From contig OY760937.1 in NCBI GenBank assembly GCA_963664225.1, positions 320,001 through 384,000 on the forward strand: a stretch of 64,000 nt of DNA, written 5' to 3'. How positions within the stretch are numbered: the stretch's first letter is position 1; each line of letters opens with the position of its first letter. Below, piece by piece: positions 51,352-59,409 of the stretch. Made by a program: the position numbers and the translations under genes. The notes below the pieces were generated by a model, which searched no databases, was not told the DNA's origin, and saw only the letters and a list, made by a program, of their open reading frames with translations. Origin of the DNA: Verrucomicrobiia bacterium (GTDB lineage Bacteria > Verrucomicrobiota > Verrucomicrobiia > Limisphaerales > UBA1319).

Positions 51352-51513
51352 TCATCCCCGATCCCAGCGGGCGCGGGCCGCCAACTTGGCTATTCGTGAG
51401 CGCGCCTTCGCTGACAACTTTGCAGCGCGCGCTTGCCCTCCTTTGGAGGCACCAAGTTTCGAGAGCGCAACCGCTGCCGGGTTTTTCTTCTTTGATTGTG
51501 ATTCTCCAGACAT
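51352..51513 (-). CDS. 53-aa basic protein of the KNPAAVAL..GG.ARA..L...R..IA..AA.ARW type (absent from the ORF track)
   Basis: Manual translation MSGESQSKKKNPAAVALSKLGASKGGQARAAKLSAKARSRIAKLAARARWDRG. Confidence 0.85.
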   Translation of the reverse strand: MSGESQSKKKNPAAVALSKLGASKGGQARAAKLSAKARSRIAKLAARARWDRG

Positions 51514-51617
51514 GATTATGAAGTAGTATAAATGTTGTTGCGAGTAAACGCTAGTGGCGCAACAAATCGTTTCGGATTCTATCGGTTCTTAAACCGTGGT
51601 CAAATCGCAACTCGTCT

Positions 51618-51702
51618 GTCCTCGACTGCAAAAAAGCCCGTGGTTATTGCGTCAAACCGTGGTCAACACTCGTCGAAAAATCGTTGAGTGGTGGAGTGGT
51701 GC
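51618..51702 (+). repeat. 85-bp perfect inverted repeat, copy 2
   Basis: Reverse complement of 49821-49905. Confidence 0.97.
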
Positions 51703-51752
51703 CTCTGTATAACGCCGCTCGAACTTTCTTTCGAGGGCAAACATCGTCGTGA
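51618..51752 (+). other. Silent alternative 3' end of the recombinase gene
   Basis: Translates VLDCKKARGYCVKPWSTLVEKSLSGGVV (identical to the recombinase) then PLYNAARTFFRGQTSS*. Confidence 0.75.
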
Positions 51753-51845
51753 ACGTGCAATCCAACTTTTTGCCTCGCGTTTGAGGCAGACTCTTTTGGA
51801 CAATGTTCGAAGATCTTTTCACAAAAATCTGCACCGTTGATTGAG

Positions 51846-51866
51846 TGGAGACTACGAGATTCGAAC
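51846..51866 (-). other. tRNA 3'-end fragment (Ala/tmRNA-like), possible att relic
   Basis: GTTCGAATCTCGTAGTCTCCA corresponds to T-loop, 3' T-stem, acceptor strand and discriminator A. Confidence 0.5.
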
Positions 51867-52166
51867 CCCGTTGTCTCTTTGAAAAAGGGTATCCTCGAAC
51901 CTATCCCCGCACCTGTCCCCACGGCGGGGATACCCTGCGAATCAACGGCATCCTGTGTTTACCGTCGTTTTGTCGTGGTTTGTCCGCTTGACGGCATCCC
52001 CGACTTCGGTCGGTTTTATGGCTCGCACGGCTGCTGTTTGTGTGGAAGCCGTGCTCGCCAAAAACCTCCCTCATCGCTCACGCGAAAACGAGTTCACCGG
52101 CGGACGGGTTAATTTTCTTGGAAAATCCTCTTTTTTAAAGTCGCCATGAGGCGATCCCCGCATTTG

Positions 52167-53177
52167 TTATTGGACTTCGAGCTTGGTAACGAGATTATTA
52201 ACGCTTACGCCGCCTGCGGCACCGTTTTTAGCACTGAGCCCCAGGAGCATTTCCAACTGCAACCGACAGGAACCAGAGGCCGGAGATTTCTGATCATTTG
52301 ATACGAATTTGATTGTGGCCGTGATGGAATCATTGGGTTTGATTTCTGTGGCTGGGGAAAATGTGTTTGGCTGATACCCGTAACTTGAAAAGAATGCGAG
52401 GCTGATTCCTGAAACACTTGTTCGGTTGCCACTAAATTCAGAACCAGTCGAATCGGTGATTCGTCCATTTATGGTGCCCATGAGTTCAGTGCCTACGGCC
52501 ACCCAAATCGACTTCGCTTTGTTTTGATTTGTTAATGACATCGTAAGCAAGTATTGCGTATCATTTACGATACGAAGGGGCTGCAGGTCGATGCGGAGGT
52601 CTCCGAAGGTTTTGCTGGCAGAAGGCTTCTCATCACTGGCTGCTCCGGCTGCGGGTTCAGTAGCGGGGTGAGACATGAGTTGCTGCACATTCGTGTCTGT
52701 CATAAATTCAGCCCTGGCGGCTCCCACGATCTCGGCGGTTTCAGTGGTGATTACCTTTGCTGTAAGGCTGGTCTTTTGGCCTTTCGGTATGATCGTTCCG
52801 ATCACCAGTGCGTCCACACCGGCAAATTTTCCAAGCTGTTTGGCGTTTTCCGGGTCCACAAGACCCAGTGATGTTAGCTTGTGCTCAGCCAGGATTCTTC
52901 TGAGATTTGCCCGGTCGAGCACTGAGAAATCCCGTTTGCCCATCACAAAGTTTACCGTCAATTGCTCAGCGATATATTTTCCGAGTTCACCGCTTGGCGA
53001 GCCTTGAAGATCTGTAAAATCGACCACTGCCACTTTTTTCATGGCCTTGTCTTTAATTGGGGCCGCGAGCTTTTCGGTCAGGTCGGAAAGCTCTTTGTCC
53101 ATATCCTGGGTTTGGGCGAGCGCATGGCCGCACAAAACGATGCACAGAAAGGCTGTCAGGGAGCGTTGCAGATTCAT
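52167..53177 (-). CDS. Secreted FlgO/CsgG-like protein
   Basis: Signal peptide; VAVVDF, VLDRANLRRILAE, AKQLGKFAGVDALVIG. Confidence 0.75.
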   Translation of the reverse strand: MNLQRSLTAFLCIVLCGHALAQTQDMDKELSDLTEKLAAPIKDKAMKKVAVVDFTDLQGSPSGELGKYIAEQLTVNFVMGKRDFSVLDRANLRRILAEHKLTSLGLVDPENAKQLGKFAGVDALVIGTIIPKGQKTSLTAKVITTETAEIVGAARAEFMTDTNVQQLMSHPATEPAAGAASDEKPSASKTFGDLRIDLQPLRIVNDTQYLLTMSLTNQNKAKSIWVAVGTELMGTINGRITDSTGSEFSGNRTSVSGISLAFFSSYGYQPNTFSPATEIKPNDSITATIKFVSNDQKSPASGSCRLQLEMLLGLSAKNGAAGGVSVNNLVTKLEVQ

Positions 53178-53202
53178 AACTTGGATTCTTGGTTGAATGA
53201 TC

Positions 53203-54021
53203 CTACTGGATCGACATTTTGGTGTCCTTTGAGATTTGTTTGATGAGGCGTTCTTCGGCCATTGAACGCGCCTCCACCTGTTTAAAACCGGAGCCATTTG
53301 CAGTGAATGTCCATGTTCCGCCTTGGACGCTTCTGGCGATTGGCAATACTTGCACCTCAAGCTGCATATTTGCGGTGACGAGATTTAGCAGAGAAGGGGT
53401 CGTTGAATACTGGACAGTCTGTTGAGAGAGTATGAGGGCGTCCAAGGAGTTGGCGACCTCCAGTTTGTTTAGAACATCGGTTGAACCGCCGAATACCGTG
53501 GCGAAAAGTTTGTCAGAAACGAATTCAGGTTTGAAAAATGAGGAGAGAAACTCGACGGAGTTGGTTTTGAAGTGCTGAGCCAGGGCGGTGCTTACGTTCT
53601 GGTTCAACTTTCCATCATCGGATACGACCACGATGGCCACTGATTTTGTTGAAGGCGTGCGATTAAAGCCGGTATTCAGATAGCGCGCCAAAAAACGTGC
53701 ATGTTTCGCCGCTTCTTCTTCGCGAAGTTTTGCTGCCGCCTCCTCATGGAGCTTCGTCACCCTGGCCTCTTCAGCGGCTCTCTCCGCAGCAATCTCGCTG
53801 GCCCTGTTAGGTCGCTGCTCCTGTGGCTGGGGAATCGATACTGCTTGAGCAGGCGTTGGGTTGGCGACCTTTGGTTGATATTGTATTTGCGGGGTAGGCT
53901 GGTAAACCCGCTGCGGTTCTGAATATCCGGCTCTAAAGAAAAAGCAATTGATGGTCAGCGCGATGATGACAAGGCCACCAATAAAATACTTCAGCTTTTG
54001 TTTGTTCGACTCCGTGCTCAT
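53203..54021 (-). CDS. Membrane-anchored hypothetical protein
   Basis: TM helix, Pro/Gln linker, coiled coil and globular C-terminus; start inferred. Confidence 0.7.
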   Translation of the reverse strand: MSTESNKQKLKYFIGGLVIIALTINCFFFRAGYSEPQRVYQPTPQIQYQPKVANPTPAQAVSIPQPQEQRPNRASEIAAERAAEEARVTKLHEEAAAKLREEEAAKHARFLARYLNTGFNRTPSTKSVAIVVVSDDGKLNQNVSTALAQHFKTNSVEFLSSFFKPEFVSDKLFATVFGGSTDVLNKLEVANSLDALILSQQTVQYSTTPSLLNLVTANMQLEVQVLPIARSVQGGTWTFTANGSGFKQVEARSMAEERLIKQISKDTKMSIQ

Positions 54022-54268
54022 ACCGATCTGATTGTGCATTGGATTACACGGGCTTGCACTGGAGGATAAATCTGGCGAAAAGGGTTGACTATGGCAAGCC
54101 AACAATGGGGATAACAGGACATCCTGAAAATGTGGTATGATTTTTTGTTGTTCGTATTGTTCAGCCACACCTCTATTACCATGACGGCTCGCAGCAAACG
54201 TATGTCGTCATTTCGCACGCATGAAGGCCGCGCGGCGAGTTTCACTCGCGGAATGGAGGTATGCTTGG

Positions 54269-55531
54269 ATGGAACAAGACAACCTTGTATTTGTAGGGAA
54301 GCGACATGAGTGGGGTGATGACATCCCATTTGGAATTGATGTTGCCGCCCGACGCCAGCACGTCTATGTGATTGGACAGACCGGTTCGGGAAAATCCACC
54401 TTGCTTCGCAATTTGATCCTGCAAGACATCGAGGAAGGTCGCGGTGTGGGGGTAATTGATCCGCATGGTGATCTGGCGTCGGACATTTTGGAGCATATTC
54501 CACCGTGGCGGACTGGTGATGTTGTGTATTTCGATCCATCTGATGATCATCCACTTGCAATCAATCTATTTCGCGCCACAACCGATAATTGGCATCTCGT
54601 CACCTCGGGCATTGTGTCGGCATTCAAAAACATTTGGGGGAATTCCTGGGGGCCACGACTTGAATACGTGCTGTATGCGACGGTTGCGGCACTGGTGCAA
54701 TGCGACAATACAAGCCTTTTGGGAGTATCCCGGATGCTCTATGACGACAAATACCGATCCTGGGTCGTAAAGCAGGTCACAGACCCCATGGTGCGGTCAT
54801 TTTGGATAAATGAGTTTGCCAATTATGATCGCAGTTTTCGGAATGAAGTCGTGAGCCCCATTCAAAACAAGGTTGGGCAGATATTCCTTGCTCCCGCGCT
54901 TCGCAATGTCCTGGGGCAGGTCGGCATGAAAATCAATTTCCGCTTCATGATGGATCACAAGCGCATCTTTGTGGCCAATCTAAGCAAGGGCCTTATCGGC
55001 GAGGCACACAGCAGTCTCCTGGGATCACTTCTCGTTACGGGCTTCGAGTTGGCTGCGCTGTCGCGCGCCGACATTCCGGCCAATGAGCGCGAGGACTTCT
55101 TTTTGTATGCCGATGAGTTCCATCACTACGCGACCGATTCATTTGCGGGCATCCTTTCGGAAGCGCGCAAATACCGACTCTGTCTCACGCTCGCGCATCA
55201 ATATCTCGGACAGTTGACTGAGGAGATAAGCGATGCAGTGTTTGGCAACGTCGGCACGTTTCTCGCGTTTCGGGTGAGCGAAGCCGACGCATTAGTGCTC
55301 CAACGACAATTTGGCGACAATCTCAGTCCAGCGCATTTTACGGGCCTCGAAAATTTTGAATTATGTGCGCGACTGTTGAACAAAGAACCCTTCCTCGCGA
55401 CCTCGTTGCCGCCGTTGGAAACATCGAGGCGACGGCGGAAAATCATCATGCGAAATTCTCGCCAGAAATATTCCACGCGGAAAAAGGTGGTTGAAGAAAA
55501 GATTGAACGCTGGTTAAAAAGGAGGCATTGA
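54269..55531 (+). CDS. TraD/TrwB/VirD4-like coupling ATPase lacking a TM anchor
   Basis: RRQHVYVIGQTGSGKS, VIDPHGDL, LYADEFH, SEARKY, AHQYLGQL; GGAGG RBS. Confidence 0.85.
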   Translation: MEQDNLVFVGKRHEWGDDIPFGIDVAARRQHVYVIGQTGSGKSTLLRNLILQDIEEGRGVGVIDPHGDLASDILEHIPPWRTGDVVYFDPSDDHPLAINLFRATTDNWHLVTSGIVSAFKNIWGNSWGPRLEYVLYATVAALVQCDNTSLLGVSRMLYDDKYRSWVVKQVTDPMVRSFWINEFANYDRSFRNEVVSPIQNKVGQIFLAPALRNVLGQVGMKINFRFMMDHKRIFVANLSKGLIGEAHSSLLGSLLVTGFELAALSRADIPANEREDFFLYADEFHHYATDSFAGILSEARKYRLCLTLAHQYLGQLTEEISDAVFGNVGTFLAFRVSEADALVLQRQFGDNLSPAHFTGLENFELCARLLNKEPFLATSLPPLETSRRRRKIIMRNSRQKYSTRKKVVEEKIERWLKRRH

Positions 55532-56352
55532 TTTTGAGTATGATTATTGAATCAACAGACCCCTCCACGAGCCGGTCGCGGTTCATAACAAGGACATACG
55601 TGAATATGGCGGTTATCACTGCCATGTTTATCCTCGGTGTAATCGTGCTTTCGTTTTTGTCATCGGTGCTTTTTCCAGGTTCCTCTATGACCATGTTGAT
55701 CTTCGATGGCATCGCCCTGGCGTGCGCGTATTATTTCTATATTCTATGGGAAAAACGCCCAATTCGCTTGGTGTGTCGAAACTGCAATAAAATCATTTTG
55801 AGCAATACGCCGTGGTTTTGTGCCGCGTGCAATCGGCCAAACACGAATACGACCGAATTTCCCTTTGTTCATAAATGCGAGCATTGTGGCGCGGAGCCGA
55901 AGGCTTATCGGTGTCATAATCCGGAATGCAAAGAGATAATTTATTTGTCGGAGGACGAGGACAAGACAAATTACGCCCACCGCTTGAACTCGCCGGATGA
56001 AAATTCAGAGCAGGATAAACGCACCCAGCAATTAAAGACGAAGCTGCAAATGAAAGAGGACAGGGAACATGAGATTTTGATGGCGCAATCCGATGTCACT
56101 TTGATAGAGCTCAAGCAACGGCACAAGTTTATCAAAGGTCTGATCAAATCCTCAAAGAAAAAGCCACCGATTGAATCGAAAAGAGAAAATCTGAAGGAAT
56201 TCTTCGGCACTTCCATAGCGGCTGAACAGGCAGCGCGCGAACAAAAGGCGGCTAACGCCATTGAATGCAAGGGCGATGCAGCGGAGCGCAGGCGGAGAGA
56301 TCGCGTCGTGGATTCCTGGCTGGAGCGCGAAAAGGCAGGAGACAATGAATAA
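55528..56352 (+). CDS. Two-TM protein with Cys-rich zinc ribbons and a coiled coil
   Basis: CRNC, CAAC, CEHC, CHNPEC; overlaps the ATPase stop codon. Confidence 0.75.
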   Translation: MILSMIIESTDPSTSRSRFITRTYVNMAVITAMFILGVIVLSFLSSVLFPGSSMTMLIFDGIALACAYYFYILWEKRPIRLVCRNCNKIILSNTPWFCAACNRPNTNTTEFPFVHKCEHCGAEPKAYRCHNPECKEIIYLSEDEDKTNYAHRLNSPDENSEQDKRTQQLKTKLQMKEDREHEILMAQSDVTLIELKQRHKFIKGLIKSSKKKPPIESKRENLKEFFGTSIAAEQAAREQKAANAIECKGDAAERRRRDRVVDSWLEREKAGDNE

Positions 56353-56376
56353 CCCCGTTCCTGTGAACGGGGTTAT
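56349..56376. terminator. Perfect 12-bp-stem hairpin between convergent genes
   Basis: ATAACCCCGTTC-CTGT-GAACGGGGTTAT. Confidence 0.6.
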
Positions 56377-56378
56377 CT

Positions 56379-56906
56379 CTAATGCGACGGTTCATAACGA
56401 GTCGCAATGAGACGTGGATCGCACGTCTTTGGCTGAACAGCCAGGCGGGCAACCTCTTCATACATGCGTAAGTGTTCTTGAAGATCGCGATGCATGATGT
56501 AACGGAATGATGCGCCGTAGGCTTTCGGCATATTGCGTATTTGTCCTTCGATGGTGTCGAGCAGAGCTTGAACATCGAGTTCTTCAGTCTGAGCATTCAT
56601 CTGATCCTGAGTTTGGAATGGATAACCGTTATCCTGTTCCTGTCTGAGGTGTGGAAAAATGCGGTCATGAATCTCTCGGTTGATACGCAGTTTGAAAATC
56701 TTCCAGCGCATCCGTGAAAAGAACGATTCCTTGGTATTTCTGTGCATAAACCATTGGTGGTCAATGTTTGTTGACAGTTGAAGAAACCAACCACGTCGTA
56801 TGGCGGGCTTCACACGACTGTCAAACGGAGGAGGGATGCCAGGGAAAAGTCTGCTACGTATTATATCACAAAAGTCGAGTTGGTACAAGGGGCGCGGGGC
56901 TCGCAT
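56379..56906 (-). CDS. Hypothetical protein (start uncertain)
   Basis: Longest ORF in the gap; ends at the hairpin. Confidence 0.45.
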   Translation of the reverse strand: MRAPRPLYQLDFCDIIRSRLFPGIPPPFDSRVKPAIRRGWFLQLSTNIDHQWFMHRNTKESFFSRMRWKIFKLRINREIHDRIFPHLRQEQDNGYPFQTQDQMNAQTEELDVQALLDTIEGQIRNMPKAYGASFRYIMHRDLQEHLRMYEEVARLAVQPKTCDPRLIATRYEPSH

Positions 56907-56979
56907 TGACGATTAAAACAAGCCTTGCTTTAATGATAGGCGGAACATTCGTTCCTTAACTTCAACATAAAGGAGATCG

Positions 56980-57279
56980 ATGAACACGCCATCTGCTCGT
57001 TCTGACGAGCCGCAGCCAAAATTCCTTGTCGGCCGAATCGTGGCAACGCCAAATGCGATCAATCAAATTCCCAGTGATGAGATTATGAATGCGCTGGCAC
57101 GCCACATTCAGGGCGATTGGGGAGCGTTGGATACGGACGATTGGGACTCAAACGAATGCGCCCTTAAAAACGGCGGACGTTTGTTTTCTCAGTATCGCTC
57201 GACACAAGACATCAAGTTTTGGATAACAACGGAAGCCGACAGGTCGGTGACGACCGTTCTTTTACCGGAGGACTATTGA
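56980..57279 (+). CDS. Conserved mobile-element small protein
   Basis: GRIVATP...RH..GDWG...N..AL..G.RL.S.Y...WI.TE.DRS.TT.LLPEDY pattern; AAGGAG RBS. Confidence 0.85.
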   Translation: MNTPSARSDEPQPKFLVGRIVATPNAINQIPSDEIMNALARHIQGDWGALDTDDWDSNECALKNGGRLFSQYRSTQDIKFWITTEADRSVTTVLLPEDY

Positions 57280-58308
57280 ATGAACAAATCATGGATAGAC
57301 TTCAAGGCGCTTCGTGCGGAATTGGATTTCGCGGAAGTGCTCCACCACTACGGTGTGGAGGTTAAAGGCAACGGCAAACAACATCATGGTTTTTGTCCGC
57401 TGCCGAATCACAATGGAAATCGCAATTCGCCTTCGTTTTCGGCGAATCTTGAACGAGGGATATTCCAGTGTTTCGGCTGCGGTGCAAAAGGCAATGTTCT
57501 TGAATTCGCCGCTTTCATGGAAAAATCCGATCCCCAGGATGGTGCGGCTTTGCGCGAAGTTGCTCTCAAACTCCAACAACGCTTTTGTCCGGAACTTGGA
57601 GACCAGCCAAAGGAAATTAAAAAGCCCATTCAACAGCGGTTGGAGCCCATCAAACCGGAGAGTGAACTGCCGGTTCTCGTCAACGTCCCGCTCGATTTTG
57701 AGCTCAAGGACTTGGATCAAACCCACCCATACGCCTTTGATCGAGGGTTTACAAAGGACACCATTGCCCATTTCGGGCTCGGCTTTTGTTCACGCGGAAT
57801 GCTCAAAGGTCGTCTGGCGATTCCGCTTCATGACGATCAGGGGAGATTGATAGGGTATGCGGGCCGCCTCGTCGATGACACCAACGTGAGTGAAGAGAAT
57901 CCTCGTTACCGGTTTCCGGGCAAGCGAGAAAGAGACGGCAAGGTCTTCGAATTTCGAAAGACTGCATTTCTTTACAACGGCTATCGGATCAAAGCTCCGG
58001 TGGATGATCTCATCGTTGTCGAAGGGTTCACCTCGGTGTGGTGGTTGCATCAAAACGGCCAGCCTCGAGTGGTTGCTACCATGGGTGCCGACTGCTCGGA
58101 AAAACAGGCGGAACTTATCGTTTCCTTCGTGAAGCCAAAGGGACGTGTCTGGATTGTTCCCGATGGGGATATCGCAGGGGAGCGACTGGTGCATTCGCTC
58201 CTATTTCAGGTTTCGCCACACCGTCTGGTACGGTGGATGAAACTTGCCAACGACATTCAGCCGACGGATTTGTCCGCTGAACAATTAAAAACATGCTTCA
58301 TCTTGTGA
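57280..58308 (+). CDS. DnaG-like primase (CHC2 zinc finger plus TOPRIM)
   Basis: CPLPNH...SPSF...CFGCG; GYAGR; VVEGF; PDGD. Confidence 0.9.
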   Translation: MNKSWIDFKALRAELDFAEVLHHYGVEVKGNGKQHHGFCPLPNHNGNRNSPSFSANLERGIFQCFGCGAKGNVLEFAAFMEKSDPQDGAALREVALKLQQRFCPELGDQPKEIKKPIQQRLEPIKPESELPVLVNVPLDFELKDLDQTHPYAFDRGFTKDTIAHFGLGFCSRGMLKGRLAIPLHDDQGRLIGYAGRLVDDTNVSEENPRYRFPGKRERDGKVFEFRKTAFLYNGYRIKAPVDDLIVVEGFTSVWWLHQNGQPRVVATMGADCSEKQAELIVSFVKPKGRVWIVPDGDIAGERLVHSLLFQVSPHRLVRWMKLANDIQPTDLSAEQLKTCFIL

Positions 58309-58336
58309 AGCGCAGCGATCCGTGAGGGTCGCTTTT

Positions 58337-58558
58337 TTAAACGTCGCGAACCAGGTCGCGGACGTGAACTTTTAGAGCTGTTGCAATGCGTGTAAGCGCA
58401 TCCACTGATATCGTCTTTTCCATGCGCTCCACTTCACCGATGTATTTCGGGTTTAAATCCGCCAGTTCTCCAAGCCGTTCCTGGGTCAGGTTCGCCTTCT
58501 TGCGGTAATGGCGAATGGCTTGACCAAGTGCTTTTCGGTTTTCTGGATGTGTAACCAC
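58337..58558 (-). CDS. XRE-family HTH regulator (C-protein-like)
   Basis: LGQAIRHYRKKANLTQERLGELADL...YIGEVER. Confidence 0.9.
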   Translation of the reverse strand: MVTHPENRKALGQAIRHYRKKANLTQERLGELADLNPKYIGEVERMEKTISVDALTRIATALKVHVRDLVRDV

Positions 58559-58595
58559 AGGCCGTCAGCCTAGCCGACAGGCGCTCCCTCATTAC

Positions 58596-58611
58596 ACCAG
58601 CTATAGCTGGT
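58596..58611. promoter_or_regulatory. Perfect 16-bp palindrome, probable XRE operator
   Basis: ACCAGCTATAGCTGGT between divergent genes. Confidence 0.65.
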
Positions 58612-58657
58612 ATTATTTTCTTGCAATCTTCCCGCTTTTGCCTGATTATTCAGCCAT

Positions 58658-58915
58658 ATGAACAACCCTATCGAATTCCTTCGCAGAATCGGCCCAGACC
58701 CTCATGCAAACGGCAGGCAGACGGTTGCGCTCAATAATTGCCCGGACATTTTTGAACTCAAATCCGGGGATTTCGCCATCATCGGCATCGACATTACAGA
58801 TACCGCCAAACCGAAATTGCCGCCGACGGCGGGCTGCGGCCCCGATGAACGGATTGTCTTTATCCCGCGAAATCTGCTCGTCGAAGCCAGGTCTGACATT
58901 CCCAAAACGGTTTAG
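58658..58915 (+). CDS. Hypothetical protein (CPDIFEL motif)
   Basis: Compact 85-aa ORF divergent from the XRE gene. Confidence 0.75.
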   Translation: MNNPIEFLRRIGPDPHANGRQTVALNNCPDIFELKSGDFAIIGIDITDTAKPKLPPTAGCGPDERIVFIPRNLLVEARSDIPKTV

Positions 58916-58956
58916 GGGATTTGGTGTAATCCCGCCTGCTCCGGTATAATGGGCGG

Positions 58957-59409
58957 ATGGGAGCATTTCAATGGCTTGGAGAGCATTGGTTCGACTGCGT
59001 TCAAATCGTTGGCGTGGTCGGTGGTTTGCTGCTGACCGCATATACGATTCACAAGGATGCGCGGGCGCGACAAATCAGCAACCTGATCGCGTTGAATGAT
59101 CGGCACGATGAAATATGGAGCACGTTTTACGAGCGTCCTCAATTGGCGCGTGTTCTCAAGAGCACCGTCGATTTGAAAAAGCAGCCTGTGTCCGATGAGG
59201 AGCACCTGTTTGTGAAAATGCTTTTCATCCACCTGGATACCATTCGGCGGACAACCAAAGCGGGAATGTTCATCAAGATTGTGGAAATCCAGAATGACAT
59301 TCACGGCTTCATAAAACTTCCCATACCCAAAGCGGTTTGGGAAAAACTCAAACCCTTTCAGGATGAGGATTTCATTTCATTTGTGGAAGATTGTCAGAAT
59401 CTCCGGTAA
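58957..59409 (+). CDS. Single-TM hypothetical protein
   Basis: N-terminal TM helix plus a helical domain. Confidence 0.7.
   Translation: MGAFQWLGEHWFDCVQIVGVVGGLLLTAYTIHKDARARQISNLIALNDRHDEIWSTFYERPQLARVLKSTVDLKKQPVSDEEHLFVKMLFIHLDTIRRTTKAGMFIKIVEIQNDIHGFIKLPIPKAVWEKLKPFQDEDFISFVEDCQNLR

Noticed and set aside
49821..51702. 85-bp repeat as a diversity-generating retroelement TR/VR pair
   Set aside because: The copies are identical with no adenine-specific mismatches, and no reverse transcriptase is in the window.
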